Shown here: positions 1-9,421 of the stretch, one piece after another | Layout: each line of letters opens with the position of its first letter | Numbering within the stretch: the stretch's first letter is position 1 | From: a virus | Lineage: Duplodnaviria > Caudoviricetes | Reading direction: 5' to 3' (one strand) | Virus record (IMG/VR): IMGVR_UViG_3300025875_000030 | Coordinates: 1-56,057 of that record | Length of the DNA: 56,057 nucleotides | Made by a program: the position numbers and the translations under genes | Notes under the pieces: generated by a model | The model's input: the letters and a program-made list of their open reading frames with translations, nothing else | What the model was told of the DNA's origin: nothing | Database searches by the model: none

Positions 1-127
1 CCCGCATCCACACGCGCAAATGCCGGGCTCTATTTGGGGGAACATCTTTGCCATCTGCAACGGTTGTACCCTCTTGTAATGATTAACCTCAATGCGGGCA
101 TATACAGGTGCCGGATCAAACAGGAGC
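1..127. repeat. 127-bp terminal direct repeat, identical to 55931-56057 (circular assembly overlap)
   Basis: Same sequence at both ends; 127 is a common assembler k-mer; an ORF reads through the join. Confidence 0.95.
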
Positions 128-219
128 ACCCTCTTTTGGTGTGTGCTTAACTCAAGGCTCTCCACGTGGTCCGGATCCACCCGGGATGTAACAATACTGT
201 AATCTGTTTCTTTTATCAT
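1..219 (-). CDS. 5' part of HNH endonuclease gene spanning the circular junction (MIKETDYSIV...)
   Basis: ATG at 217-219 overlaps the TGA of the 216-785 gene (ATGA coupling); frame stays open into 55547-55930, giving 200 aa. Confidence 0.8.
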   Translation of the reverse strand, partial: MIKETDYSIVTSRVDPDHVESLELSTHQKRVLLFDPAPVYARIEVNHYKRVQPLQMAKMFPQIEPGICACGCG

Positions 220-785
220 TTCGCGTATCTCCATTTAAAGCCCCCATGAGTTGTTGTACGCCCGGTTAAGCAGGCACTTATGTTTGCGGCATGCGTGTTA
301 TTTTTTATTGCTGCAATCTGCACGCTGTGATAGGTTTCAATAAAGTTGCCTTTCATATCAAGTTTATCAACAGCTTTCATGCCCTTATCATCATGCATTA
401 TCTTGGATTTCCTGTTTGGATTAGTCTTAAGGGCTAATGCCTTGCTCCTCTCAAAAGCCTCATCTTTTTTGCCCTTATGCTCCAGCAGCTTTTGATAACA
501 CTCCTCCTCACTATCAGAGGAATGTATTACCACTTTTTTGGTGCCCTTATCGGTATGGGTGTATGCCTCATATCTCATGCCCGCTCTGTTGTAATAAACT
601 CCCGGATACTTGGATTTTCTCAACTCAAAACTTTGCTCCATGGCAATCAAGCCTGCTATCTTAAGCATAAGCTTAATTTCTCCCTCTGTTGGGTTAAGAG
701 CCATCTCCTCAAGCGCCCGGGCAACTATTATGAAAGAGTTGTTAATCCCATCCCCCTCATCAATTGGCTCATCAAAATTTATCAT
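216..785 (-). CDS. DNA-binding protein with AP2-like and C-terminal NUMOD1 domains, no evident nuclease domain
   Basis: SKYPGVYYNR..YEAY (AP2-like); FIETYHSVQIAA..ISACLTG..HGGFKWRY (NUMOD1). Confidence 0.65.
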   Translation of the reverse strand: MINFDEPIDEGDGINNSFIIVARALEEMALNPTEGEIKLMLKIAGLIAMEQSFELRKSKYPGVYYNRAGMRYEAYTHTDKGTKKVVIHSSDSEEECYQKLLEHKGKKDEAFERSKALALKTNPNRKSKIMHDDKGMKAVDKLDMKGNFIETYHSVQIAAIKNNTHAANISACLTGRTTTHGGFKWRYAK

Positions 786-1141
786 CTTGATATTGTGAAT
801 GTGTGATCATCCTTTGCAACCTTACAAGTTTTATCTCTCCTGAATATTTGTGAGGCATCAACAAAGCAACCGCAATTGGGATGTTTAGTAACAACCTCAA
901 TATCCCCTCCCTTTTTCAACAACAGATAATCATCATTAACACCTCTTTTTATTTCTCCGGGAGGAATAACAATAAGCCTTTCATGTGCAAACATCATTGC
1001 CCTTGCCCATGTTGGCAGCTTCTTGGATGGCCCAAGCTGCTTTTTTACATTGTCCTCTGTTGTGCCAATGATCTCTGCAATTGACTTGTTTGTTAAGGAG
1101 AGGGCTTTCTTAACCTCTTTCCATTGTTCGTGTGTGTACAT
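782..1141 (-). CDS. XRE-like helix-turn-helix regulator
   Basis: KKALSLTNKSIAEIIGTTEDNVKKQL HTH pattern. Confidence 0.6.
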   Translation of the reverse strand: MYTHEQWKEVKKALSLTNKSIAEIIGTTEDNVKKQLGPSKKLPTWARAMMFAHERLIVIPPGEIKRGVNDDYLLLKKGGDIEVVTKHPNCGCFVDASQIFRRDKTCKVAKDDHTFTISR

Positions 1142-1145
1142 GATT

Positions 1146-1400
1146 TTATTCTAAACGTGTTAATATATCGGGCATTTGCAATGAGAGTAATTGAGCCTTT
1201 GTGATTTCAGCCATTTTTATATAATGATAAAATCCTGTTTCTGTTTTTTGCTCAATCATATTTAGCCTATCCATGATTGTTTTATAAAAAGCATCATCAT
1301 TTATTATTGCTCTTAATTCAGCACTAATATCATCTTTTATCTTTAATTCGTATGCTTTACTTATTCCACAATTTAAGGCAGTCTTTAATATATCTCTCAT
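1146..1400 (-). CDS. Hypothetical protein
   Basis: Tightly packed minus-strand ORF in operon. Confidence 0.6.
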   Translation of the reverse strand: MRDILKTALNCGISKAYELKIKDDISAELRAIINDDAFYKTIMDRLNMIEQKTETGFYHYIKMAEITKAQLLSLQMPDILTRLE

Positions 1401-1630
1401 AGCTTTTTTCTTTTGCGTTCCTGTACAATTTCATAAAGTTCATCCGGCTTTGTATCTGCCATCTTTCTTATAATTTTCTCATAAGCAACCTCATGCCTCC
1501 GCCTGCCTTTCCCTATTACAACTCTATAAACAAGCATGTCATAACCCCGATCACTGAAACTTAAAACGGTTTCACATTTCTCCCCATTAAAGTAAAATAC
1601 TTTAGGGATTTTCTTTCTTTTTATTGGCAT
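1397..1630 (-). CDS. Hypothetical basic protein
   Basis: Coupled to neighbours. Confidence 0.6.
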   Translation of the reverse strand: MPIKRKKIPKVFYFNGEKCETVLSFSDRGYDMLVYRVVIGKGRRRHEVAYEKIIRKMADTKPDELYEIVQERKRKKL

Positions 1631-1632
1631 GG

Positions 1633-2025
1633 CTATATTTTTTCTATGTCGTTAACCCTAACAAGTTCCCCATCCGTATAAACCCCCATGGCTTGATATT
1701 TTTGCCCAAACTGATCAACTCCGCTTAAGTCATAAACACTATCATGCATACAAAGGTTTTCCATCAAATCCCCTTGCTCCCATTCAATAACGGGCTCCAT
1801 GTTTATAGTGCCCGTATTTACAAAATGTTGCAGGAACGGCAACAGGTTACTCACTTGCTCTTGAGTTAAGTGCATCCGGGCGCCGTATCTACCTATCCAT
1901 ATACACGCCTCATTTGCAAGGCTGCTATCCTGTATGCTGCATAAATGATCATAACGATCCTTAAAGCTTATTTTATTTAGCCCGTGCACATCGGTTTTCT
2001 CAATTGATTTGTCTTTATTTTCCAC
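1633..2025 (-). CDS. Hypothetical protein (GTG start, C-GTG-GAA context)
   Basis: Operon packing; conserved start context. Confidence 0.65.
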   Translation of the reverse strand: MENKDKSIEKTDVHGLNKISFKDRYDHLCSIQDSSLANEACIWIGRYGARMHLTQEQVSNLLPFLQHFVNTGTINMEPVIEWEQGDLMENLCMHDSVYDLSGVDQFGQKYQAMGVYTDGELVRVNDIEKI

Positions 2026-2069
2026 GATAAAAATATTTAAAGGGGAGGAGAGCCCTCCCCGGGTTATTA

Positions 2070-2342
2070 TTATTTTATTATCTCAAATCTATCAAACCAA
2101 ACATTTCCGGGCTTAGATGAGCCAACAAGATTAAAACAAAATCCGTGGCCTTTTTCGCTTGCCTCCTCCATTGTTAAAGGCTCTCCTCTGTAAACGTAAT
2201 CATTAAACTTGCCGTGATACTCTTTTTTACCAATCTTAGTTGTAAACCAATTTTTACCCTCCTCAACTTGAGTTAAAACAAAAGTCTTATTTAAGTAAGA
2301 TTTGTTTCTTGTGCTGGTTGCTTTGATTGTGATAGTTGCCAT
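2070..2342 (-). CDS. Hypothetical early-type protein
   Basis: First gene after the promoter at 2372-2402; AAACAGTAAAA leader. Confidence 0.7.
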   Translation of the reverse strand: MATITIKATSTRNKSYLNKTFVLTQVEEGKNWFTTKIGKKEYHGKFNDYVYRGEPLTMEEASEKGHGFCFNLVGSSKPGNVWFDRFEIIK

Positions 2343-2371
2343 AATTTTCTGTTTTACTGTTTTTGTATATG

Positions 2372-2424
2372 CAAATATAGGGGAATATATTACACTAACA
2401 AATAAAAAGAGGAATATTTTACCC
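2372..2424 (-). promoter_or_regulatory. Bacteroidota-type promoter (TTTG-N19-TATATTTG) with two GGAATATWTTAC operator-like boxes
   Basis: caaatata at 2372-2379, caaa at 2399; boxes at 2380-2395 and 2409-2424. Confidence 0.65.
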
Positions 2425-2500
2425 TTTATTTTGTATCCGCCCGGTGTAACAAGTACACAACCTTAAAACAGAACCTCCAAAATAAGTACAGAACCTCCAT

Positions 2501-2527
2501 AAAAAAAGCCAAGCATTACACTTGGCT
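2501..2527 (-). terminator. Intrinsic terminator after terS
   Basis: agccaag/cttggct stem with T-tract on minus strand. Confidence 0.7.
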
Positions 2528-2549
2528 CCTAACTAACACTAAACTCAAA

Positions 2550-3191
2550 TTATTCCCCAGCGGTGCCGGGAGGTGTATTCTCTGCAACAGCATCATAATT
2601 GATTGCCCTGCCATTATCCGGTATCTGAAATACCTGTATTTGGTTAGGGAGAGGATTATCATCCCCGCTCCACATCTTTTGATTTACACTCTCATGGATG
2701 CCCAAATCTCTTGCAATTAGGTTCTCTTTGAACATGCCAACAGCAGCCCCCTCAAACTTCTGATTATAAATGATTTCTCTTATGCATGTGATGACTTGAG
2801 AAAATTCCGCCTCTTTTTCATCAAATAATGCGGTTGTTGGATCAGTCTTATCAAGTACCCTATCCTCAATATCTGTGATGTATCTGCTGCTTACACCCAT
2901 GAAAATGCATAGCCCATACAGGGTAAACGGGCGCTGTAGTGGTGCCCAAACCCTTTTGCCTCCGCTTATAACCCAATTGGGGATGGGAGTATCTTGAGCC
3001 CATTGAAAGTAATCACATGCAGCCTCCCACAACTCTTGTGCTGTCTTATGCTTTTTGGGGCGGCCTGCGTTCTTTGCGAGTTCCCAAACCTTGTTGCCTT
3101 TCTTGAAATATGTATCCCTTGGATCCTTTTTCTCCCGGGCTGGTTTCTCGTTTTTCGGTTTGCTATCTCCTTTAGCCATGGTATCAATCAT
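2550..3191 (-). CDS. terS: Terminase small subunit (P22 gp3-like DNA packaging protein)
   Basis: GRPKK..ELWEAACDYFQW, RPFTLYGLCIFMG, IYNQKFEGAAVGMF..NLIARDLG. Confidence 0.85.
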   Translation of the reverse strand: MIDTMAKGDSKPKNEKPAREKKDPRDTYFKKGNKVWELAKNAGRPKKHKTAQELWEAACDYFQWAQDTPIPNWVISGGKRVWAPLQRPFTLYGLCIFMGVSSRYITDIEDRVLDKTDPTTALFDEKEAEFSQVITCIREIIYNQKFEGAAVGMFKENLIARDLGIHESVNQKMWSGDDNPLPNQIQVFQIPDNGRAINYDAVAENTPPGTAGE

Positions 3192-3243
3192 TTAGTTATA
3201 CAGGCAAATTTAGTTGTTTTTCTTAACAAAACATTATTAACAG

Positions 3244-3269
3244 AAAAAAGCCCCGGAGATGGGGCTTTT
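3244..3269. terminator. Intrinsic terminator (possibly bidirectional)
   Basis: aaaagcccc-ggagat-ggggctttt. Confidence 0.75.
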
Positions 3270-3288
3270 GTTAATAACTGCTATTGTA

Positions 3289-4101
3289 TTATTCAAAGGT
3301 TTCAGGGTTGTTAATTTCATACTCCCTAATCTCAAAAATGTGCCTTAAGGATTGGGCAAGCCCATCAACATCTATATCTCCAGCCTCAACAATAAATTCA
3401 GGAGCCCCCTCATACATATCAAAATAATACGTTACAAATATGCCCATCTGCATGGCAAGAGGAACATCATGGAATTTTATTGATGAGCCAAATATATTAT
3501 CCCAGCCTTGAGCCTCCTTATAGGCATCAATCCACTTACAAAAGTGATCCGTTGCTTTGGGATACTTGGCATAAATATGATCCCAAAAATCTGCTTTGTT
3601 CAGGTTATCACTTGCCCGGCGGTCCGGAACGGGAAAAACAAACCTGCTATTTGGCTTGCAATCTGAAAGCTTGTATTTTAATACTGTTGTTTCTTGCACT
3701 CCACAACAGATGCAGCTTACAACCCATTCCATTGTATCATGCAACACCTCCACGGCGGAACCCACAACAGGAACATCAACCCATGCATTTGATTTGCTCA
3801 TCCCTATAACCTTGTGTACATAGTGCTCATTTTCGGCACCAAAGCGGTTTTGTTCAATAATGCAGTAATCCCCAAACCTATAAATATCCTCCGGCCTGGC
3901 CAACTGCTGGCGCTTTGCATCAAGATACTTGGAGAGGGATTTCCTTAAGTCCTCAAGGGGATCACTTGTTATATATACTCCGGTAAATTCCCCGGTGTTT
4001 TCGTTACCCACACCCATTGTGATGGGAGGGTTATGGCTGGGGTTTTCCATTATAAAAAACTCCCTTGCCTCTTGCTTATAGCTGAAAATACTGTTTTCCA
4101 T
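3289..4101 (-). CDS. Hypothetical protein, probably multi-domain
   Basis: Long ORF in operon. Confidence 0.7.
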   Translation of the reverse strand: MENSIFSYKQEAREFFIMENPSHNPPITMGVGNENTGEFTGVYITSDPLEDLRKSLSKYLDAKRQQLARPEDIYRFGDYCIIEQNRFGAENEHYVHKVIGMSKSNAWVDVPVVGSAVEVLHDTMEWVVSCICCGVQETTVLKYKLSDCKPNSRFVFPVPDRRASDNLNKADFWDHIYAKYPKATDHFCKWIDAYKEAQGWDNIFGSSIKFHDVPLAMQMGIFVTYYFDMYEGAPEFIVEAGDIDVDGLAQSLRHIFEIREYEINNPETFE

Positions 4102-4103
4102 AA

Positions 4104-4505
4104 TTATGGTTTTAATTCGTTTAAATAAAGAGTTCCCTCATAACTTATCTCCGCATAGTAGTGGAACTCTCCGCCTCCCCAATCTTTCCTGTGATTTGCA
4201 ACGGCGTGGGTTTTCTCATCATTCAGGAACCAAATATTAACAGGCAGCAGGGCAATGGAGTACTGTACTTGCCTTTCACGGTAATCAAGGCGCTCCAATG
4301 TTTTGTGATACTTTCTCTCCTTACTAATAACATCATTAAGCTGCTTTATATACTCATTGTATTCTGTAATGGTTGCCTTGATGGGCTTTGCCGGGCGTTC
4401 CGGAGGGCGCTGGAGTTTCTTTCTTTGTGCCTTAATCTGTAGCATTATAGTTGCCAAGATGGTTATTACTCCGGAGTTTATATCATTTAAGTTGTGGATA
4501 CGCAT
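4104..4505 (-). CDS. Hypothetical protein
   Basis: Operon packing. Confidence 0.6.
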   Translation of the reverse strand: MRIHNLNDINSGVITILATIMLQIKAQRKKLQRPPERPAKPIKATITEYNEYIKQLNDVISKERKYHKTLERLDYRERQVQYSIALLPVNIWFLNDEKTHAVANHRKDWGGGEFHYYAEISYEGTLYLNELKP

Positions 4506-4508
4506 AAC

Positions 4509-4907
4509 TTATTGTTTTATCCATTTAATGCGCTCCTCCAGCATATCATGGGCACCTGTATAGGCACTTTCTGATAATATTTGATGATGGGTTTTGCCCT
4601 CTGTCTTGGCGGCTCTATTTACTTGCATAGAGTAATGTTCATCAACCACATAAGCAGCTGTTAATGCTGCTTTCTCTTTAGCAGCAAAATAATCCAACGT
4701 GGTTATCCCCAATGCATCCGCGGCACCAAAGTAAGATGGATCCGTTGCAGGATATACAAACGGGTTTGGCGGGCTGCTGGGCTGTTTCTCTTGCAGCTTT
4801 CTTGCAACCGCCTCTGCAATGTCGTTGTAGTTCGTGTTATCCTGATACTCATTTTCGCAAAGAGCCTCTTTAACTATCTGTATTAATTCGTAACGATTTG
4901 TAAACAT
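4509..4907 (-). CDS. Hypothetical phage protein (GITTLDYFAAK motif)
   Basis: Resembles the common phage 'G(M/I)TLRDYFAAKA...AY..AD.ML.ER' family. Confidence 0.65.
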   Translation of the reverse strand: MFTNRYELIQIVKEALCENEYQDNTNYNDIAEAVARKLQEKQPSSPPNPFVYPATDPSYFGAADALGITTLDYFAAKEKAALTAAYVVDEHYSMQVNRAAKTEGKTHHQILSESAYTGAHDMLEERIKWIKQ

Positions 4908-4913
4908 GGTATA

Positions 4914-4997
4914 TTAATTATTTGGTTCGTATTCAAAGCGGTATTTTAACGGCTCAAATTGGTAGTCATCCGTTATAGGGGGAGTTTGTTGTTTCAT
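4914..4997 (-). CDS. 27-aa small ORF (MKQQTPPITDDYQFEPLKYRFEYEPNN)
   Basis: Fills the gap between flanking genes; translated by hand. Confidence 0.45.
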   Translation of the reverse strand: MKQQTPPITDDYQFEPLKYRFEYEPNN

Positions 4998-4999
4998 AA

Positions 5000-6064
5000 T
5001 TAATCTGTATAAGCTATGTATTTAAACTTTCCTTTGCCAAACATCTCAAAACGGCCTCCAAAAGTGCCCCTTACTTTTTCCGCAACCTCCTCCATTGTCA
5101 TGCTATCCGGGTAAACTCCAATAACTTCCATGGAAAAATGAGTATGAGATCTCCTCCGACATTCAAACTCCGTTATAGGCTCCTTGCCGTAAAACTTGGC
5201 GTTAAAATTTTGCTCACTTTCATCCCATTTGCGGCGCTCCTCTGCCCATGCTTTTTGTTGGGCCTCGCTTGGCTTGTAAATGTTATTTATATGATACTCA
5301 TCTTGCTCCTCTTTGCCATCCCATCCGCATCCCGGGCAATACTCTCTGCTGGTTTCACACCACGAACATGGAGGATTAATGTGGCATGAGCATCCGCCAT
5401 CTGATTGATGCTCCTGTATTAATGATTTACATCCATCACGGTTGCATACCTCCCCTTTACAATATCCCGGCTCCGGTTCTTTGTGGAGCCAAGTGCCGTA
5501 TTTCATCCGGTTAAAATCCTCCGGGCTTAATGTTCCCTTGGCTTTTAAAATGCCATTATCAATATCAACAATTGGCAATATTATTTTTGAGGATACAGCC
5601 GCGGCACCCATCCCCGCCAAAACTCTGCTTACTCTATCATTCCACTCTGATTGCACACTCTTTGGATGGTGCTCATCTCCCGGATCATGTTGCTCATTTA
5701 ACTCCCTTAGTTGCTCAAAGTTTTGCATCCTAATTGGTGCCATTGGCGGCAACTGCAATCTCTCCCCCGTTCTCAAAACTATTACCTCCGGAAATTGCGT
5801 ATGAGGGATTATTTGCACTCTCCCCAATGTGGTGTGTGCCGTGGCATGAGATAGCGCCCCAAATGCCCTGCTTGCCGTGTGTATTACTCCGGCAAGAGCG
5901 GAAAACATGCCAGCCATATTGCTGGCGGCTCCAATGGCGTTTAAAAACCGCTTTTTATAGTTCCTTAGTTTGTAATCAGGTCCTTGGGTGTACTTAAGCC
6001 TTAAGGGCTTTCTCTTGTTTGGATGTGCCTCAAAGTAATTGAGGCTTTTTTTACTTTTTTTCAT
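5000..6064 (-). CDS. Hypothetical protein with Cys-rich Zn-binding region
   Basis: CNRDGC, CSCHINPPCSWC, CPGC. Confidence 0.7.
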   Translation of the reverse strand: MKKSKKSLNYFEAHPNKRKPLRLKYTQGPDYKLRNYKKRFLNAIGAASNMAGMFSALAGVIHTASRAFGALSHATAHTTLGRVQIIPHTQFPEVIVLRTGERLQLPPMAPIRMQNFEQLRELNEQHDPGDEHHPKSVQSEWNDRVSRVLAGMGAAAVSSKIILPIVDIDNGILKAKGTLSPEDFNRMKYGTWLHKEPEPGYCKGEVCNRDGCKSLIQEHQSDGGCSCHINPPCSWCETSREYCPGCGWDGKEEQDEYHINNIYKPSEAQQKAWAEERRKWDESEQNFNAKFYGKEPITEFECRRRSHTHFSMEVIGVYPDSMTMEEVAEKVRGTFGGRFEMFGKGKFKYIAYTD

Positions 6065-6722
6065 CTCTTAAATGGTTTCTTATTATCAATTGTAAATTAT
6101 ATACAGTCTTAACAGGTGTAAATTTTTCATTCACTTCAACAAAGCAATCACTTTTATCCTCATCCACTTGATGCACTTTTATTCCGTTGCCAAGTTCATA
6201 ACATAAAGACGCTCCCCTATGTTGAGGATCAGTTGTGAAATAAGAGGATTTGCTTATCTCAATAAGATGCTCTTTTGTTATTTCAATGTTTTTTGTGAGG
6301 TGTATTAATTTGGTAATAAAAATCTTTCTCTTGTGCCTGCCTATGGCGTTACGTGGCCACCAAAAAGAAAGGGTTTGATTTGGATCAAAATCCTCCGGGT
6401 GCAATTCAGGTGTTGGCCGCTGGGATAAAAAGTGCTCTTTCAAAATATCATACTCCCGGGGATTAAACACTCCTGAATGATACAGGCGGTTGATGTTGTT
6501 ACAAATGTCCTCGTTTACAGAGGCACGATCTCTCATGCTGGCATGTAGGATGGAGTATAATTCCGTTAATGTCTTTGCCTCCTCCCATCTCACAAAGTTT
6601 TTCCATTTGTAATAAGCCTCTGTTTGCTCTCCGGTAATGTCGTAATCTGCTGGGTGTTTATTTATAAAATCCTCTGCCAGCCTGCAACGCTCTTTCCAAT
6701 ATTCTAAATCTGATATTTGCAT
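6051..6722 (-). CDS. Hypothetical protein
   Basis: Operon packing. Confidence 0.65.
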   Translation of the reverse strand: MQISDLEYWKERCRLAEDFINKHPADYDITGEQTEAYYKWKNFVRWEEAKTLTELYSILHASMRDRASVNEDICNNINRLYHSGVFNPREYDILKEHFLSQRPTPELHPEDFDPNQTLSFWWPRNAIGRHKRKIFITKLIHLTKNIEITKEHLIEISKSSYFTTDPQHRGASLCYELGNGIKVHQVDEDKSDCFVEVNEKFTPVKTVYNLQLIIRNHLRDEKK

Positions 6723-7075
6723 TATTTCTGTTTTAAGAGTTCCGGGAAATTAGCCTCAATCATTTCCTTGATTGATTTGTAAAGAGGTGCCGGGCTGGAG
6801 AGGCTATCAAGATAAACCCGGGTTATATTGTTTTTTGATAATGCCATCCTTAAGGCTATTGATGGGAAATTATCCTCATCCTGCTTTATGAGCCATCCCA
6901 CACATACAGAGCCATTATCTTTGTGGCACCTGTAAACGGCTCCAAACATTTCATTTTCTTTGTTGAGTAGTTTTTGAAACTCTGACTTATGCCACAACTT
7001 AAGGGGAGCATCAGTACGATAAGGGCAATTGCCACAAGGCTTATTGCATCCAAATAATTCCACTTTATTTGCCAT
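6722..7075 (-). CDS. DUF6283-like Cys-rich protein
   Basis: PCGNCPYRTDAP..CH..CVGWL. Confidence 0.6.
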   Translation of the reverse strand: MANKVELFGCNKPCGNCPYRTDAPLKLWHKSEFQKLLNKENEMFGAVYRCHKDNGSVCVGWLIKQDEDNFPSIALRMALSKNNITRVYLDSLSSPAPLYKSIKEMIEANFPELLKQK

Positions 7076-7082
7076 TCCAAAA

Positions 7083-7355
7083 TTAAATTTTACATCTTAG
7101 GTTTTTAAGGGCATCCCGCCCCTCATCAAAAATCCTGTTGCTGTATATAAAACAACCACCACAATTGTACTTTACAACAGGCTCCGGCCTTTGAACCGGA
7201 TAAGATGAAACAAATCTCTCTATTTCATGTTTTTAAGGGTATTTAAGGATTAAACAGATAATTATGCAACTTAGTAGTATTGCCCCCGCAATAATTATTT
7301 TCTCCCGGTGCCTCAACACAAAAAGGCGCGCCCGGCGCTTGTACTTCTTGTACAT
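7083..7355 (-). pseudogene. Membrane-anchored ORF interrupted by an in-frame TAA at 7233-7235
   Basis: 40-aa basic plus TM ORF; same frame continues 49 codons with no start of its own. Confidence 0.35.
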
Positions 7356-7597
7356 TACTGCCTGTATGTTATTTTTGGGTTTTTACCGTTTTCGCTATTC
7401 AAGTGAAGTGTTAATGTTACAGTTTTAGCATCTTTGTTGCATGCAACTCCACTCCAAACACCTCCATCTGTATTGATGGTGCTGGTTGCATACCTGCCAT
7501 AAGTAGTGTAATAGTCTTTTACGCTAAACACTAACTCACAATCTCCATTGGTTTCAAGTACTTTTTCTAACTGTTTAATGTAGTCTGATAGTATCAT
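7355..7597 (-). CDS. Hypothetical early-type protein (start re-assigned to MILSDY)
   Basis: Promoter at 7628 excludes the upstream start; AAACAGTAAAA directly before the ATG. Confidence 0.65.
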   Translation of the reverse strand: MILSDYIKQLEKVLETNGDCELVFSVKDYYTTYGRYATSTINTDGGVWSGVACNKDAKTVTLTLHLNSENGKNPKITYRQ

Positions 7598-7627
7598 TTT
7601 TACTGTTTTTAAATTTATTCCACATGG

Positions 7628-7660
7628 CAAATATATAAAATAATTTATATTACAAACAAA
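7628..7660 (-). promoter_or_regulatory. Early-type promoter with 18-bp palindromic operator (1 mismatch)
   Basis: caaatata 7628-7635; atataaaataatttatat 7633-7650. Confidence 0.7.
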
Positions 7661-7682
7661 AAATAATTTATTTTTTTGAAAT

Positions 7683-7713
7683 AAAAAAACCCAGCTTATT
7701 TGCTGGGTTTTGT
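7683..7713. terminator. Intrinsic terminator
   Basis: aaaacccagc/gctgggtttt stem with A/T tracts. Confidence 0.75.
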
Positions 7714-7714
7714 T

Positions 7715-8539
7715 TTAAGTATTAAAATTTTCAGGAGAGTTTGTTCTATTTGGGCCAGTATCATAATCATAAATGTTAGCCTCCTGCATCCTTTTTTGCT
7801 CCTGCAATGATCTTAAAATCTTTTTACTTTCGGCTGGAAAATCCGGGAGCCTTAATGCCCATCCTAAAAATCCCTGATCTGATAAAACAGGCTTTCCCTT
7901 ACATTTTCCAAATGCCCATACAACGGTGCCATCTGTATCCCTTGTAAGCTTTCCAGCAATATCAACCCGGGGTGTATCTCCTTGTAAAAGTATATCAAGC
8001 TGCTGCGGGCTTTGTTCCTCCTCAAAATTTCTCTCAAGCTGTTTCTCCAAGATGAAAGCGGTTGCCCTTGTATCTGCCAAAGCGCCATGGGCTCCATCAA
8101 GTTCCTCCCCGGAGTATCTTTTGTATGTTGCCCCAAGATTGTGTGCATTAACATGGCGCTCCATTTTTAACACATCCACAAAAGCAGTACCCTCCTCCGG
8201 GAATATCATGTTACAGCGGGCAAACTCTTGAGAAAGTAAAGGCACATCATAATTATCTGAATTATACCCAGCAATATCACAACCGGTAAAGTAATCAAAC
8301 ATTCCCTTTGAGTATTCCGCAAAAGTTGGGCACTCTTTTACATCATCATCTGTAATGCCGTGCACCTCGCTTGCCTCTGCTGGTATCGGGATTGTTGGAT
8401 TGATCCGGTAACTCTTTTCCTCCCGGGTTCGGTCCGGTAAAATCTTAATAACGGCTATCTCAACAATTCGCGCCGTGTTTGTGTCCACGCCTGTTGTTTC
8501 TAAGTCAAAAACAACAATAGGCCTCTCTAATTTTAGCAT
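7715..8539 (-). CDS. DEDDh 3'-5' exonuclease (DNA pol III epsilon-like)
   Basis: FDLETTG, GYNSDNYD, AHGALAD motifs. Confidence 0.9.
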   Translation of the reverse strand: MLKLERPIVVFDLETTGVDTNTARIVEIAVIKILPDRTREEKSYRINPTIPIPAEASEVHGITDDDVKECPTFAEYSKGMFDYFTGCDIAGYNSDNYDVPLLSQEFARCNMIFPEEGTAFVDVLKMERHVNAHNLGATYKRYSGEELDGAHGALADTRATAFILEKQLERNFEEEQSPQQLDILLQGDTPRVDIAGKLTRDTDGTVVWAFGKCKGKPVLSDQGFLGWALRLPDFPAESKKILRSLQEQKRMQEANIYDYDTGPNRTNSPENFNT

Positions 8540-8566
8540 GATTGGTTTTTATGTAAAGTTAATAAT

Positions 8567-9103
8567 TTATTTTACTCCGGGCCAAGGCATCCATTTAAAG
8601 CCGCTGGAGGCAATTTCTTTCCCTTGCTGGTACCAACGCATGCTGTTAAAGTCAAACCACGCAATAAAGGGCTCCATTGTATCCAAGCTGTATGCAAGTA
8701 CAATATCAGATGAGCCGCGCAAACCCTCAACAGGATCCGGAAAATCATCCGGCTCATTATCTGCCTGCATTATATTCCCAAGCACATCATTTATTGCAGT
8801 TAAAGCGCTATCATCATTCAAATATGTATCATTACGCATAAGGGTTAAAAATCCTCTGTATGATTTTACAACAACCGTGGCATATCTGCCAACTGTCTTT
8901 TTGCCTTTAACCTGCACAATATCTCCCTCATGGATGGGCTGGCCGGCTTTTGTATCCCTCCATGCCCGTTCCTGTAACTTTAGCAGCTTATCAGAGCCAT
9001 CCAGCACCTTTGTTGGGATAACGCTGGGATTGGCAAACAACTCATCAACCTCCTCAAAGGGGATGATTGTATTGCTTGGGATTTCGTAAACCCTAAACCG
9101 CAT
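8567..9103 (-). CDS. YopX-like protein
   Basis: MRFRVY..., D..G.PIHEGDIV, VLGNI. Confidence 0.6.
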   Translation of the reverse strand: MRFRVYEIPSNTIIPFEEVDELFANPSVIPTKVLDGSDKLLKLQERAWRDTKAGQPIHEGDIVQVKGKKTVGRYATVVVKSYRGFLTLMRNDTYLNDDSALTAINDVLGNIMQADNEPDDFPDPVEGLRGSSDIVLAYSLDTMEPFIAWFDFNSMRWYQQGKEIASSGFKWMPWPGVK

Positions 9104-9404
9104 TACCTTTCATTTTATCATTCATTTTCTCCTGAAAGCTTTTTTTATGTTTTTCTTTTTCGAGTTCTAACAAAGCTTTCTCAACTGTGATGCCGTGCTT
9201 GCTGTTTAATATCTCCCAAATATCCACTCCTTTGGAGTTTACCATGGCAATAAGGCAGAGTATCCACAACACAAGTAAAATTGTTCCCGCAACTCCCCAT
9301 GCCCATCCCGGCGTGTTGAACTTATCCAGCATCAAATAAGTTACAGCAGTTAACATAAGCGGGAGCCTTGGCCGGCTGTTTTTAATAAAGTAAATAGTTT
9401 TCAT
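9093..9404 (-). CDS. Small membrane protein
   Basis: Two hydrophobic segments. Confidence 0.65.
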   Translation of the reverse strand: MKTIYFIKNSRPRLPLMLTAVTYLMLDKFNTPGWAWGVAGTILLVLWILCLIAMVNSKGVDIWEILNSKHGITVEKALLELEKEKHKKSFQEKMNDKMKGNAV

Positions 9405-9421
9405 AATTATGATTTTTGTTT

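Noticed and set aside
1-127. Terminal repeat as a biological DTR
   Set aside because: Length equals a standard assembler k-mer and it falls mid-gene; best read as a circular assembly overlap.
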